Positions 38,000-49,638 are shown, counted from the first letter of the stretch. The stretch is DNA of 64,000 nt from Nitrosarchaeum sp. (GCA_965223865.1 OZ245020.1:1056001-1120000); one strand, 5' to 3'. A program made the numbers and translations. Notes: generated from the letters alone by a model not told the origin.

Positions 38000-38851
38000 T
38001 TGTGTATGTTACCTAATACTTCATATATGCAGTATTGCCAAGTCTATAAAGTGCTAAAAACTCCATTGTTTGTCTTACTTGCAATTTCTTTCGTGCCATT
38101 ATTTGCATTTGCCGAGTCTTCTATTGAATTAACATCCGATCAAAATGAGATTCATTCTTTAGATAGCATTTTAGTTTATGGTAAAGTTACAGGGGTTGTT
38201 CCATATTCAACAGTAAGCCTTAGTGTTACTGCACCTGATGGTGAAATCGTATATTCTCCAAATCTCTCATTTGATGATGATGGAAACTTTAAGCGGTTAA
38301 TTCATCCTACCCTTCCAAGCTTCAAACCTGGTACATACACTGTAACTGCAAGTCATGAAGATATTTCATATGTTGCACAAATTCAATTTACTGTTTCGGG
38401 TAAGGATTTGCCACAGCCAATAATCCCTGATACTCCTTCTGAAGCAATTGAAGACAAAACTGATTCAGACCTGTACATTGTTGCTGATGCAATGGTTGGT
38501 GATAGCTTCATCAATGTACGAGGTAAAACCGTCTGGATCGACAGAGATGTATTGTTGACAGTATCATCGCCAAATGGAAATTTAATTACAATAGCCCAAG
38601 TTACTCCTACAACAAACGGTGATTTTTCAGCTCAAATTAACATTGGGGGTTCAATGTGGAAAGAAGATGGACTTTACACTGTAACTGCTCATCAGGGAGA
38701 TGCCTCTGAACTTGAAGATTCAGTTATAGTTGACATAGCAGACGGTGTGGTGGTGCCTGAATTCGGAACAATTGCCATGATGGTTTTGGCAGTATCCATT
38801 GTTTCCATAATTGCATTTTCTGCAAAAACAAGACTAACTCCAAGATTCTAA
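38000..38851 (+). CDS. PEFG-CTERM sorting domain surface protein with two Ig-like repeats
   Basis: Signal peptide (AFA); C-terminal VVPEFG + TM + basic tail; real start may be ~38051. Confidence 0.9.
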   Translation: MCMLPNTSYMQYCQVYKVLKTPLFVLLAISFVPLFAFAESSIELTSDQNEIHSLDSILVYGKVTGVVPYSTVSLSVTAPDGEIVYSPNLSFDDDGNFKRLIHPTLPSFKPGTYTVTASHEDISYVAQIQFTVSGKDLPQPIIPDTPSEAIEDKTDSDLYIVADAMVGDSFINVRGKTVWIDRDVLLTVSSPNGNLITIAQVTPTTNGDFSAQINIGGSMWKEDGLYTVTAHQGDASELEDSVIVDIADGVVVPEFGTIAMMVLAVSIVSIIAFSAKTRLTPRF

Positions 38852-38854
38852 ACT

Positions 38855-40132
38855 TTATTTTAGAATCACGCCAATATCCATTAAATTTGAATGTGTGAAG
38901 TCTGTCTTGATGTTGCTTTTCTTTTTTTGAAAAAATCTACCTGAATCACTATTTTTTAAAAATTCTTTAATCATTGATGTATCAATTTTGAAGTTTTCTG
39001 TAATCGCTCCGGCAAAAAATGTGTTGCCGTCAATACCATCTGTTCCCATTGATGCAATGACTAGTTTTTTTTGGTTTTGAGTGTTTTTCAAAATTCTTAA
39101 AACCATTTCATGATTTCTTCCTCCAGAACCTTTTCCTAAAACCTCAACCGTTGTCTCACCACCAAAAATCAAACAGCTTTTTTGCTTATCTGGAATGTTT
39201 TGAATTACTTTTCTAACTGCATCTTTAATGTTTCCAAACACTTGAATTGTTTTTGATTCGTAACCCAACTCTTTTGCTTTTTTCTCCATTGATTTTAGAC
39301 AATTGTTATTGTTTGCAATTATGTAGTTTGAAATATTTGCTTTTTTTGGAGTCTCTGAAATTTCTCCTTTGACTCCGTGATCTATATGGGTTAAAACTTC
39401 CGGTGAGACTTTATTTTCTAGATTATATTTTTGAAAAATTTTTTCAGCATCTGCAAAAGTTGTATCATCCATGTAGGTAGTACCCGAAGCAATGGCAGAC
39501 AAGTCATCTCCTTCAACATCGGACATTATAAGCCCGATTCCATAGCATTTGAGGTTCTCTACTAATTTCCCTCCTTTTATTTTTGAGAGGTGTTTTCTGA
39601 TACAGTTGAATTCTTGTATGGTTGCCCCTGATTTTAAAAGTACATCTGTAACATGAATTTTATCATCAAGTGTGATGTTATCTGGAATTGCCAAAAGCGC
39701 AGACCCTCCTCCAGACACTAGGAAAATAACAAGCTCATCTGGTCTTCTATTTTGAATAAATTTCAAAACCTCTTTTGCAGCCTTTACGCTAGTTTGATTT
39801 GGTTTTGGGTGACCTGAATTGAAAATCTTGAATTTTTTACCTTTAATTTTTGACTTTGAGCCCTTAGGAATTACGATAATTCCAGATTTTATTGGAATGA
39901 TATTGTTGATTGCCCTAGTCATTGTGTCTCCGGCTTTGCCAAATGCTATCGTATAGATGTTTGAGAATTCATTTAATTTTATTTTTTTTTCATCAATTTT
40001 GATTTGTTTTGATGTGACAAACTTTGGAATAATATTTTCAGGATCTGCAGCTTTTAGCCCAGCTTCTAAAATTTTCAAACACTGTTCTTTCTTTTTTGTT
40101 GTTGCAAGTTCGTCATGGTTTTGAATTATCAT
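38855..40132 (-). CDS. Glycerate 2-kinase (DUF4147/MOFRL family); ORF track start 40231
   Basis: AFGKAG, GHPKP, VSGGGSAL, RKHLSKIKGG, SDVEGD, GGETTV, GGRN, TDGIDG, SNLMD. Confidence 0.92.
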   Translation of the reverse strand: MIIQNHDELATTKKKEQCLKILEAGLKAADPENIIPKFVTSKQIKIDEKKIKLNEFSNIYTIAFGKAGDTMTRAINNIIPIKSGIIVIPKGSKSKIKGKKFKIFNSGHPKPNQTSVKAAKEVLKFIQNRRPDELVIFLVSGGGSALLAIPDNITLDDKIHVTDVLLKSGATIQEFNCIRKHLSKIKGGKLVENLKCYGIGLIMSDVEGDDLSAIASGTTYMDDTTFADAEKIFQKYNLENKVSPEVLTHIDHGVKGEISETPKKANISNYIIANNNNCLKSMEKKAKELGYESKTIQVFGNIKDAVRKVIQNIPDKQKSCLIFGGETTVEVLGKGSGGRNHEMVLRILKNTQNQKKLVIASMGTDGIDGNTFFAGAITENFKIDTSMIKEFLKNSDSGRFFQKKKSNIKTDFTHSNLMDIGVILK

Positions 40133-40301
40133 ATGCAGACCTACTGATGCAAGATATAATAGTATTAGATAAGAAAATTTGTAGTTACATCTGATCAAAA
40201 ATGCCAGATTTAACTGTAATGACAATTGCATTACTTGCTGCCAAAAAAATACTAGAACAAGAAACTAGCATTTTTTGAGTTTTTTCTGCTTGTCTACAAT
40301 C

Positions 40302-42167
40302 CTAACCGTGTACATTTACTTTGGAACCAACATGCATTTGGATATCTTCTACTTGGGACATTGCATGCATTTCCGTACCAATAGAGATAGCTGCATTAAA
40401 TTGTCCACTTTCTGCTGGAATCCAAGACAAACCCACATTGACTGTTTGATCTGGATTTAATGTGCCCGTAATCCATTTTACTGGTTGAACTAGGGCATTC
40501 TTGTCATTTGTTATTTCTACCATGTATACAAAATCATTTTTGTAATCATTGTCATTTGTAATGTCTGCTACAACCTGTACAAGTTGACCATGCTGTATCT
40601 CATCTAATTCTTGACCCGAGGAGTTGGCCACACCAATATTGTCTAAATGTATTTAATTTGTATTTTGTTTATTTGTAATTGATACCTTACCTGATGTTTC
40701 ATTTAGATAATCCCAATCTACATTGATACTTGGATTGTTCTCGTAACCTTTCACTGCCTTTAATAACATCTCTTTTAGATTTAGATCAATCCTGCTTATT
40801 GCATTTAATTTTTCATTGAGTATTTTCTCTTTACTCTTTTCATTAGCAGTCTTTATGTCTAGAATATTCTTACTTGCATCTTCATCTGTGATACTCTCAT
40901 TATTTTTGTACTCTTTGATTATTTCTTGTATTTTTTGTTGTGCCAACCTGTCCTCATTTTCTAGAATTCTTTCATATTGCTTTTCTAATGCTTTCTTTTG
41001 AATATCATATTCTTCATTGATTCTCTGAATCTCTTGATTTATTGCGTGAATTTCATCTAATACTTTTTTTTGTTGGTCTTTTCCCAAGATGTATTGCAGG
41101 AGATCATGTACTTCACCTGTACCATCATTCATCCATTTTTCTGCAGTAGATTCAGAGACACACCTATACTCTGATGCTGGAATATTATACAACACGGTAT
41201 AGTCTTCCTTACATTGAGTGCCAGGATTAGTGACAACATTTTGCACCATTGAATTCTCATCTATCGATAATTCCTTTTTATCCACAATTTCTCCCATTCC
41301 ATGTCGTTCCCATATTTGTGCAGTTGACTCTTGGATACACACATAATCATCTTGACTTATTCTGTGAATTACCGTATATCCTTTTCTGCATTCTGTATCG
41401 GGATTTGTTTTGGAATCATATTTGGCTGAATACTCATCATCAGGATTTGCCAACAAATACGTTGGATCTAATCTGTAGTCTGTATAGTATTGCGCAATGC
41501 TTGTTTCAGATGCAGGTGATGGATGAAATTGTCCTGTAGAATTGAATAACTGTTGTTGATCATAATATGCAAGCTTGTGTTTAACATTAAATTGTGCATT
41601 CATCTCAATTAATTCTATTTTTTTAGTTTCAGCTGCTTTGTAGTATGCCTGCTTTGCTTCCTTTAAGCTTCCACCATCAAGTAAAACTTGTTTTAGTGCC
41701 TCTCTTCCAGCTTGAACTTTTTTTTCTTTAAATTCAAACTGATCCCAAAAAACCCCTTGTACGTATTCTGGTTTTTTACTTACAAAACTCTCAAATGCAT
41801 TTCTTGAGGAATGCTTTTCCCATAATCTTTTCCATTCTTCTAGGTCTTGGTTTAAACGTTCAACTGACATGTCACGCATTTTTTCCAAGTTTTCTTTTGC
41901 TTGATTTTTTTCAAATTCTTTTTTTTCCCATTCTTTTATTATCTTGCGTGTTTGCTCTATTTTTTTCAGTAGGTCTTGTGCAACTGGGTCATTTAACAAA
42001 TCATCTGAAAAGATAATCTGCTCATTTACATCAGGTTGAGTTTGAGCATAACTGACTTGGATAAGAGAAATTGAAATTGCACATGCAATTATAGAATAAA
42101 ATAACCTTGTATTGTTTTTTAATTTCTTTTCTTTATTTTTCCATAATTGAATAGAATTAATATTCAC
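40302..42167 (-). pseudogene. Large secreted coiled-coil/Cys-motif protein split by one in-frame TAA (40653-40655)
   Basis: ORFs 40653-42167 and 40302-40631 are in the same frame: ...KQNTN*IHLDNIGVANSSG... Confidence 0.7.
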
Positions 42168-42199
42168 TATTTTGACGATCTTGTTGTAAATAATAAAGG

Positions 42200-42211
42200 T
42201 TAGTATACTAA
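42200..42211. promoter_or_regulatory. Palindrome TTAGTATACTAA, putative MarR operator
   Basis: Perfect 12-bp palindrome in the divergent intergenic region, with related half-sites at 42229-42256. Confidence 0.45.
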
Positions 42212-42302
42212 TGATTAGTTTTAAATAAATAGTATCTTAATTAATATAAGACTAATTAAACTGGGGTGTAGCATTATAGGGCAATATACAAGATGATATG
42301 AA

Positions 42303-42821
42303 ATGAAAACGCTAGATCTTAAAGAAAGCATTGGATTAATGCTAAAAATGTCTGCTAAGGCTTGGGAAAAGGCAGCTGACATTGAGATGCGTGAGCATTT
42401 TGGTCTCAGTAGTGCAAAATGGAAGATAATCGTAGTGCTTTCAATAAAAGAAGGAATAACTCAGAAACAGATTGCAGACATGGCCTTTGTTGAAGCACCC
42501 ACCCTTGTTCCTATAATAGACAAGATGGAAAAAGAGGGATATCTTACAAGACAGTCAGATCCAAATGATAGACGAAATAACCTGATCTTTATGACCAAAA
42601 AATCCAAAGACATCGTGGATCCAATAATTGACTCCGTTTTGGAGGTAAGAAACATTGGATTGAACAAAATATCAAAAGGAGATATGGAGACTGCAAAAAA
42701 AGTACTTGAGCAAATCATAACTAATACTGAAGAATTTATCAGACATAAAGGAGAAAAAACTGATCCTGATCTTTGGACTGAACCTCAGAATAAATCCCAG
42801 AAAACACTAGTAAAATTATAG
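42303..42821 (+). CDS. MarR family transcriptional regulator
   Basis: ITQKQIA....EAPTLVPIIDKMEKEGYL.R..DPNDRR. Confidence 0.93.
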   Translation: MKTLDLKESIGLMLKMSAKAWEKAADIEMREHFGLSSAKWKIIVVLSIKEGITQKQIADMAFVEAPTLVPIIDKMEKEGYLTRQSDPNDRRNNLIFMTKKSKDIVDPIIDSVLEVRNIGLNKISKGDMETAKKVLEQIITNTEEFIRHKGEKTDPDLWTEPQNKSQKTLVKL

Positions 42822-43004
42822 TTATTGGTTGCAAATTAAAGTATTTTTATTTGAGTATAACTTAATGACTTGAAACTTTGACCTAATCCCGCCATTGACT
42901 TTTAATTTTATGATGAGTATTGAGACAAAATAATTCTAGCCGATTATACTAATTCAGTATTTTAATCCTTTTTCATTAGATTATTGTCAAAAATAAGAAA
43001 AGGG

Positions 43005-43413
43005 TTAGTGCCCTTCCTCACCTGGAAATAACAAGCACCAATACTTTGCATTGGTTCTTGTGGATATTTTCTGTCCTACTTTGCATGGTCCAAAGACCTT
43101 GCCAGATTTAAGTTCAGATTGGTAGTTTGGAACTCTGAATCTGTTTGACTATTGCAGGAGTTACAAAGAAAGAACTCACCTGTTGACCGTTTACATCAAA
43201 AGACTCTACAGTGTCAATGATGTTATAATTTGTCATTCCATCATCACCTATTGCTTCTTGCGGTGTATAGTGTGACGGCTTTCCCCTGTTTGTACGAAAG
43301 TCTTTGATGTTTATGATTCTACCTGAAATCTTTCCTATTCCAACAGCTTTGGTTTGTTCTTGTGGTTTGTTGTAATCACCCAAGTTGATTTGGGTTTGTG
43401 TCGTTTCATTCAA
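43005..43413 (-). pseudogene. Frameshifted hypothetical gene of the decayed element
   Basis: ORF 43114-43413 shifts near 43135 into RVPNYQSELKSGKVFGPCKVGQK...YWCLLFPGEEGH*. Confidence 0.6.
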
Positions 43414-43599
43414 TTGTGATTTTCACCTTTTATTGTTTAGAGTAATCCTAAATGAGTTGTTTCTTGCAAAAAGTAATGACTGATAGTCAAAACTGATTTT
43501 GAACTAATAATTGGATTTATCTTGATCTGGGTATTGTGAGATTACCTCACTATTAAGCTAAATTTACGCATAAAACTAGCCTGAGCCAGACAATATTAC

Positions 43600-45477
43600 G
43601 ATATTATTGTGGCAACTGCAATAATTCTCTAAAAGAAACAGCAACTAATCTTGTGATCTCCATTGAATCATGTCCTTTTTGTGGAACTTTACTGCAAACA
43701 TCATGCAAAAACACCTGATCAATCAAACACAATACAAACCTCTCTTTCAAAAAGCATCACAGATTCCAAAACTTACACTAGACATTCCAGAGCTTGATTC
43801 AATTTTACATTTTCTCACATTGGGACAAAATATGTGTTTCAGGAATACACACACAAAAAATTATAGAAAGAATATGTGTAAGGGCACAACTACCACATCG
43901 ATATGGTGGTCTTGACACCAATGTTTTATTAATTGATGGTGCAAACAGTTCTGATTTGTATCAATGTGTTGATTTTGCGCAACAGTATGGATTAGATGTA
44001 AACAAAATTCAAAACAAGCTTGTATTTGGAAGGGAGCCAAATTATCCTATTTTAAAGCCAAAACAAAAAGGAACATCCTATTTTTCGTATGGACAGATAC
44101 ATTTCAAGCCTACAACAGTCAAGCTTTTGGGAAGAATCCATATTGATCAGTCAAATTGCTTCATCTGGGAACATGAACATTCCATTCATGGTCTGTATGA
44201 GATTGCCAGAACTTGTAGATTGCCTTTACAGACTGCTGCCAGAGCATCCATTGGGAAATGTATGAGTTCTGTTCAATTCTATAATGCAACAAAACGAGAT
44301 TTGCTCATTCCATGGAAACCAGTAGTATCTGAGATTTTCAAATCAAGAAAAAAATTGTTCATTGGAGATAGAGGAGGCCTTATCTTGGAGTCAAGAGTTG
44401 GAGTTCATGAAAATGTTGGCGAGCTAGACTTTGCATCATTGTTTGGAAATATTATGCTACACAAGAACATTTCAGCTGAAACCATAAACTGCAAGTGTTG
44501 TCCTGATTCCAAATATTTTGTTCCAGAACTAGGCTATCATATTTGTAAAAGAAAAGGAATAGTTCCGCAATCCTTGGAGATACTATTGAATAAACGACAA
44601 AAATATTCTGATTTAATTGATATAACCAAAGATAGTGACAAATTGGAAATCTACAAGCAACGCAAAGCTGCTCTGAAATGGATTTTAGTTACTTCATTTG
44701 GATACTTGGGATTCAACAATACAAAGTTTGGAAAAATAGACGCACATATGGCAGTTTGTGCTTTTGCTAGAAAATTATTGTTAGATGCTATACATATGGC
44801 AGAAGATGATGGATTTAGAATTTTGCATGGAATAGTTGATTCTATATGGATTCACAAAAAGAATGTAACAAAAAATGACTATGATAATCTAAGAAAAAAA
44901 ATTACAATAAAGACAGGATTTGATCTATCTTTGGATTTTTACAACTGGATTGTTTTTTTACCATCAAAGAATAACAAGATTGTTCCAATTCCAAACAAAT
45001 ACTTTGGTGCAAAAAAAGACGGTACTCTAAAGATTAGAGGAATTGAAACAAGACGTCATGATACGCCAAAATTCTTCAAAGAATGTCAGATAGAGATTTT
45101 GAATCTATTTTCATCCTGCAAATCAATATCTGATGTAAAAGATGCCATATCTGAGGCTAGATTAATACAAAAAAATACAATCGGCGTCTATTCCAGCAAA
45201 ACATCCCTCTTGAGGATTTATCTTTTACAATAGGGTAACAAGAGGCACAAACCAACACAAAAGCAATACCATTCAAGCAGATGCACTAAATCAGCTAAAA
45301 TGGGAGGGAAAAGCAATCAAATCAGGACAGAAGATCAGATACATCATCAATGACTACTCACGAAAATCAAGACGAGTAATTCCAGTTGAAGTTGTAGAAT
45401 CTGACAAATATGATGTAAAAAGATATTCTAAATTACTAGATGAATGCTGCAAATCTGTTATAGAACTATTTGAATGA
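43600..45477 (+). pseudogene. Decayed RadA-like + PolB2 (inactivated-type family B polymerase) operon fused by deletion
   Basis: Zn ribbon CGNC..CPFC; LIDGANSSDLYQCVDFAQQYGLD (RadA-like) joined near 44005 to PolB: ELDFASLF, KWILVTSFGY, HGIVDS, KIRGIETRRHD; further frameshifts at ~45170 and ~45230. Confidence 0.85.
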
Positions 45478-45640
45478 CTTGTGAATAACGAAGACAGAAT
45501 AACTGGCTTAATTTTTGAGCTAGTTCAGACAGTGGCAATTAAATGTCAAATCATTTTCAATGAAGATCTTGGATTTTTAGAAAAGTTGGACTTTTGAACT
45601 AGTTATACAAAGCCCCCTTTGTCGGCACTAAAATCATCTC

Positions 45641-45669
45641 AACGGTTCAAATCCCCGTTGGGTCCACCA
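45641..45669 (+). mobile_element. tRNA 3'-end fragment (att-like remnant)
   Basis: AACGG-TTCAAAT-CCCCGT-TGGGTCC-ACCA: T-arm plus acceptor 3' strand plus CCA, with no matching 5' half upstream. Confidence 0.65.
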
Positions 45670-45829
45670 GAACTCCTTTTACTAACGGGTTCATATACAT
45701 ACGAACACTATTTGATATTTCCATACCTTGAGACCATCTTAAAATCTGACAAGGCTGGATATGAGGCAGTTCTAAGAGAATAGTTTTTGTGTTGTAAGAT
45801 ATAATAATAATCCCTACTTCTCTTGATTT

Positions 45830-46774
45830 ATGCACACAGTACGCATTCCAAAAGTTATCAACTTTGGAGAAGACGCACTTGGTCAAACAGAGTATCCAAA
45901 AAATGCCCTAATTGTTACAACTGTTCCTCCAGCTCTTTCAGACAAATGGATTGGCAAAATGGGAATTAAGGATTACATGCTGTATGATAAAGTAAAACCT
46001 GAACCATCAATTGATGATGTCAATGCTGTAATTTCAGAATTCAAAGACAAAGACCCTTCAGTTCTAATAGGACTTGGAGGTGGAAGTTCAATGGATGTAG
46101 TAAAATATGCTGCACCAGAAATGAAAAAAGAAAAGATCTTAATTCCTACCACCTTTGGAACTGGAGCTGAAATGACAACCTATTGTGTTTTAAAGTTTGA
46201 TGGAAAAAAGAAACTACTAAGAGAAGACAGATTCTTAGCTGACATGGCTGTTGTTGATTCCTATTTTATGGACGGAACCCCACAACAGGTCATCAATAAT
46301 TCTGTCTGTGATGCATGTGCTCAAGCTACTGAAGGCTATGATAGCAAATTAGGTAACGACTTGACACGAACGCTGTGTAAACAAGCATTTGAAATTCTAT
46401 ATGATGCAATTATGAATGACAAACCAGAAAACTATCCTTATGGTTCAATGTTGTCTGGTATGGGATTTGGAAACTGTTCAACTACGCTTGGACATGCATT
46501 GTCATATGTATTTTCAAATGAGGGAGTCCCCCATGGATATTCTCTATCTTCTTGTACTACAGTTGCACACAAGCACAACAAATCAATCTTCTATGATAGA
46601 TTCAAAGAATGCATGGAAAAATTAGGATTTGACAAGCTTGAACTCAAGGCAGATGTATCTGAAGCAGCAGACGTTGTAATGACTGACAAAGGACATTTGG
46701 ATCCAAATCCAATTCCAATCTCTAAAGAAGACGTCATTAAATGTCTTGAAGACATCAAAACAGGTAATTTGTAA
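45830..46774 (+). CDS. Iron-containing alcohol dehydrogenase family protein
   Basis: GLGGGSSMDVVK, IPTTFGTGAE, GHALSY, HG motifs. Confidence 0.9.
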   Translation: MHTVRIPKVINFGEDALGQTEYPKNALIVTTVPPALSDKWIGKMGIKDYMLYDKVKPEPSIDDVNAVISEFKDKDPSVLIGLGGGSSMDVVKYAAPEMKKEKILIPTTFGTGAEMTTYCVLKFDGKKKLLREDRFLADMAVVDSYFMDGTPQQVINNSVCDACAQATEGYDSKLGNDLTRTLCKQAFEILYDAIMNDKPENYPYGSMLSGMGFGNCSTTLGHALSYVFSNEGVPHGYSLSSCTTVAHKHNKSIFYDRFKECMEKLGFDKLELKADVSEAADVVMTDKGHLDPNPIPISKEDVIKCLEDIKTGNL

Positions 46775-46875
46775 AAAATCCAGATATTTTTTACATTTCT
46801 TCTATTTTCTTGAATATTTGCGAAATTGGCAGCTTGAACTAAACTTTTTATTCTAACAGGTTATCGGTAATGTAG

Positions 46876-47976
46876 ATGACTCAAAATAAAATAAAATATG
46901 GTATTCAAAATGGATTAAACGTAGCAAGAGCCGGTTATACTGAGGATCAAATTCTTACTGCATGCATGCTGGCCGATAAGACTGGTTATGATTCAATTTT
47001 TTACATGGATCACACAAACGTTCCTCAGTGGAAAAATGCTATTGTTTTGGATCCTTGGGTCATGTTATCTGCAATTGCAGCGGTAACAAACCATGTCGAA
47101 TTAGGTACATGTGTAACTGATGCCATTAGAAGACATCCATCAAATATTGCATTAGCTGCTATTACTCTTGATAGAGTTTCAAAGGGCAGAGCAATTTTGG
47201 GTATAGGTGCAGGTGAGGCACAAAACCTCAAAGAATTCTGTATTCCTTTTGACAAACCAGTTACAAAATGGGCTGAACAAATTCAATTAATCAAGACATT
47301 GTACGGTTCTACTCCAGATAATACAGTAGACTATGAAGGAAAATATTACAAACTAGAAGGTGCATGTCTGCAGGCACCCCCAGTAAGAAAACCTCATCCC
47401 CCAACATACATGGCAGCAGGGGGTAAGAAGACATTGGAACTTACAGGTAAACTGGGAGAAGGTTGGTTACCAATTGGTTATACTCCTGAATTATTTGAAG
47501 ATCATAGAAAACAAATTGAAGCATCAATGGACAAACACAACCGAACACAAGAGGAAAAAGATAATTTCCAGATGGCTTTAGATATTGATGTTTACTTTTC
47601 AGAAGATGCTGAAGAATCTTGGGCAAAGATGAAAGAAGCAGTTAAAGTCAGTTTGTTTAAACCAGAAGTTCTTAGAGTTCACAGTCTCAAAGAAATTGAA
47701 GGATTTGATTTTGTCAAATACTTTACAGAATATTCAATGTCCAACCAAGATTGGATTGTAAAGATGAGAGAAGCCGCAACAAAAATACCTGATGGAATAG
47801 CTCGCTCATCAACTGCAATTGGAACTCCTGATGACATGATTCCAACATTTGAAAGATTCGTAGAAGCCGGTGTGAATCACTTTGTAATTAGATTCTGGGG
47901 TAAGAACTACTTTGGCTCTATTGACAAGTTTGCAAGTCATGTAATGCCTTATCTTAGAGAAAAATACGACAAGTAA
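46876..47976 (+). CDS. LLM-class flavin (F420)-dependent oxidoreductase
   Basis: MDH, DPWVMLSAIA, LGTCVT, RHP, GRAILGIGAG motifs. Confidence 0.92.
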   Translation: MTQNKIKYGIQNGLNVARAGYTEDQILTACMLADKTGYDSIFYMDHTNVPQWKNAIVLDPWVMLSAIAAVTNHVELGTCVTDAIRRHPSNIALAAITLDRVSKGRAILGIGAGEAQNLKEFCIPFDKPVTKWAEQIQLIKTLYGSTPDNTVDYEGKYYKLEGACLQAPPVRKPHPPTYMAAGGKKTLELTGKLGEGWLPIGYTPELFEDHRKQIEASMDKHNRTQEEKDNFQMALDIDVYFSEDAEESWAKMKEAVKVSLFKPEVLRVHSLKEIEGFDFVKYFTEYSMSNQDWIVKMREAATKIPDGIARSSTAIGTPDDMIPTFERFVEAGVNHFVIRFWGKNYFGSIDKFASHVMPYLREKYDK

Positions 47977-48034
47977 ATCTAAATTTCTGAATCTTTACAG
48001 AAAATAATTTACAGTACTAATTGAATGTACTTGC

Positions 48035-48265
48035 ATGGATGATGATCTGATAAAAACTGTCAAAAAATGTATAAAAATTCTAGATGAGAATGTGGATTTT
48101 TTATCCAATCTTGAACAGGATTTAGAAGATGAAAAAGAAGATGAAATCACTACAGATATGAAACTTTATCAACTGTATGACATGACTGAAGATGTTGCAG
48201 AATCTGCCAAACTTAAAAGGGCAGAATCAAACTTGATGAGAAGAAAAGTAGAAGATTCATTATGA
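48035..48265 (+). CDS. Acidic hypothetical protein
   Basis: 76-aa ORF. Confidence 0.55.
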   Translation: MDDDLIKTVKKCIKILDENVDFLSNLEQDLEDEKEDEITTDMKLYQLYDMTEDVAESAKLKRAESNLMRRKVEDSL

Positions 48266-48676
48266 CTATGATTTATGCGGGCGCCGTTTGCTTTGCATCC
48301 TTGTAAATGCTTTAACTTGTCTTTTCTTTTTTTGTTTTTCTAATCTCTTTCTGGTTCTCTCTGAAGATTTTGTAGAGCCAGAAATTACTTTGACCTTACT
48401 TCCATCTTTTAACATGATTGATTTTCCTTTGAATCTGTATTCTAAATCTCGGCATTTAATATAGTATTTTTTTAGACAAAAGAAAATCCTCTTGCTATTC
48501 CCTTTCATTTCAGAGACTTCTTTTGATTTTTTTAATTCATTTAAGATATTTCTGAGCAGTCCTTTGTCAATATCTGTGATTCTATGTAGTTCTCTAAACC
48601 AGATGAATTTTGATTGGGAACCCCATTCTTCTAAAATCTGTAAAACTATTTGTGTTGCTTCCTCTCTTTCATCCAA
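48266..48676 (-). CDS. Basic wHTH-like protein
   Basis: WFRELHRITDIDKGLLRNILNELK HTH-like segment. Confidence 0.55.
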   Translation of the reverse strand: MDEREEATQIVLQILEEWGSQSKFIWFRELHRITDIDKGLLRNILNELKKSKEVSEMKGNSKRIFFCLKKYYIKCRDLEYRFKGKSIMLKDGSKVKVISGSTKSSERTRKRLEKQKKKRQVKAFTRMQSKRRPHKS

Positions 48677-49005
48677 GCTCCATAATTTCTCAAAAGTCTT
48701 CCCTTATTTTAGCAATAATCTCAATGGAAAATTCTAAAGAAAAAAGTCAAGTTTTTCTATGTTGTTATTTTTTCATTTATTTTGTAATTTTTTATTATGG
48801 ATTCTGATCAGAAAGCCGAATGCACTAAATTGGAATGTAGAATTTTAGAAATCAAGAAATTCGCAAAATCTCTTGAAGATGAAGAATAGTTAATTTCTTT
48901 GAATGTGAATTTGTAACCTATGATCATAAAGTGAATTCATCTAATAATTTCTTTTTTTGAAATTAAAGGATCTGGATTTATAATATTATTAGCTAGAATC
49001 AATTT

Positions 49006-49638
49006 GTGCAGCTAGTAGGAGTACTTCAAATTAGATCATATGAAAAAGTTAAAGAATTTCTAAATGAAGAACATGTTGGAAGAATAGCTAGCATTGATCA
49101 GAATGGATACCCTCAGATAATTCCAATGAATTTTGTATTTCTAAATGATGCAGTTTACATGCATTCTCATGTAAGAGGAGAAAAACTTGATAACATTATG
49201 CGAAATGACAAAGTCGGTTTTGAATCTGACAGAGAACTTGAATTTCTTCCATCTTACTTTGAGGATCCAAAAAATGCATCACTTGCAGATACCTTGTATG
49301 TTAGTATAGTTATCAAAGGTAGGGCCTCTCTTGTAACTGACAAAAACGAAAAGACTCTGGCTCTTAATGGGTTGATGGAAAAATATCAACCAGAAGGTGG
49401 ATATGACCCTATTCAGTCTAACATGAAAGTTTTAGACGGAGTTGCCATAATCAAAATTATTCCAGAAATTCTACATGGGAAATACAAAATTGGACAACAT
49501 ATGAATTCAATAGATAGAATGACTTTGGCACGCAAGATCCTGAAGAAAAATTCACAATCTGCAAAAGAAACTCTAAAAATTATGGGATTTGAAGTAACTG
49601 AAAACGGACTAAGGATGATTGATGAGCCTATATGGTAA
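49006..49638 (+). CDS. Pyridoxamine 5'-phosphate oxidase-like (NimA-type) FMN-binding protein
   Basis: VGRIASID..GYPQIIPMNFV...YMHS...GEKLDNI..N..VGFE. Confidence 0.88.
   Translation: MQLVGVLQIRSYEKVKEFLNEEHVGRIASIDQNGYPQIIPMNFVFLNDAVYMHSHVRGEKLDNIMRNDKVGFESDRELEFLPSYFEDPKNASLADTLYVSIVIKGRASLVTDKNEKTLALNGLMEKYQPEGGYDPIQSNMKVLDGVAIIKIIPEILHGKYKIGQHMNSIDRMTLARKILKKNSQSAKETLKIMGFEVTENGLRMIDEPIW

Noticed and set aside
43794-45233. PolB as the casposon polymerase for the island ends
   Set aside because: It has PolB2-type motifs and a RadA-like partner, lies ~19 kb away across core genes, and has no end motif or cas1 nearby.
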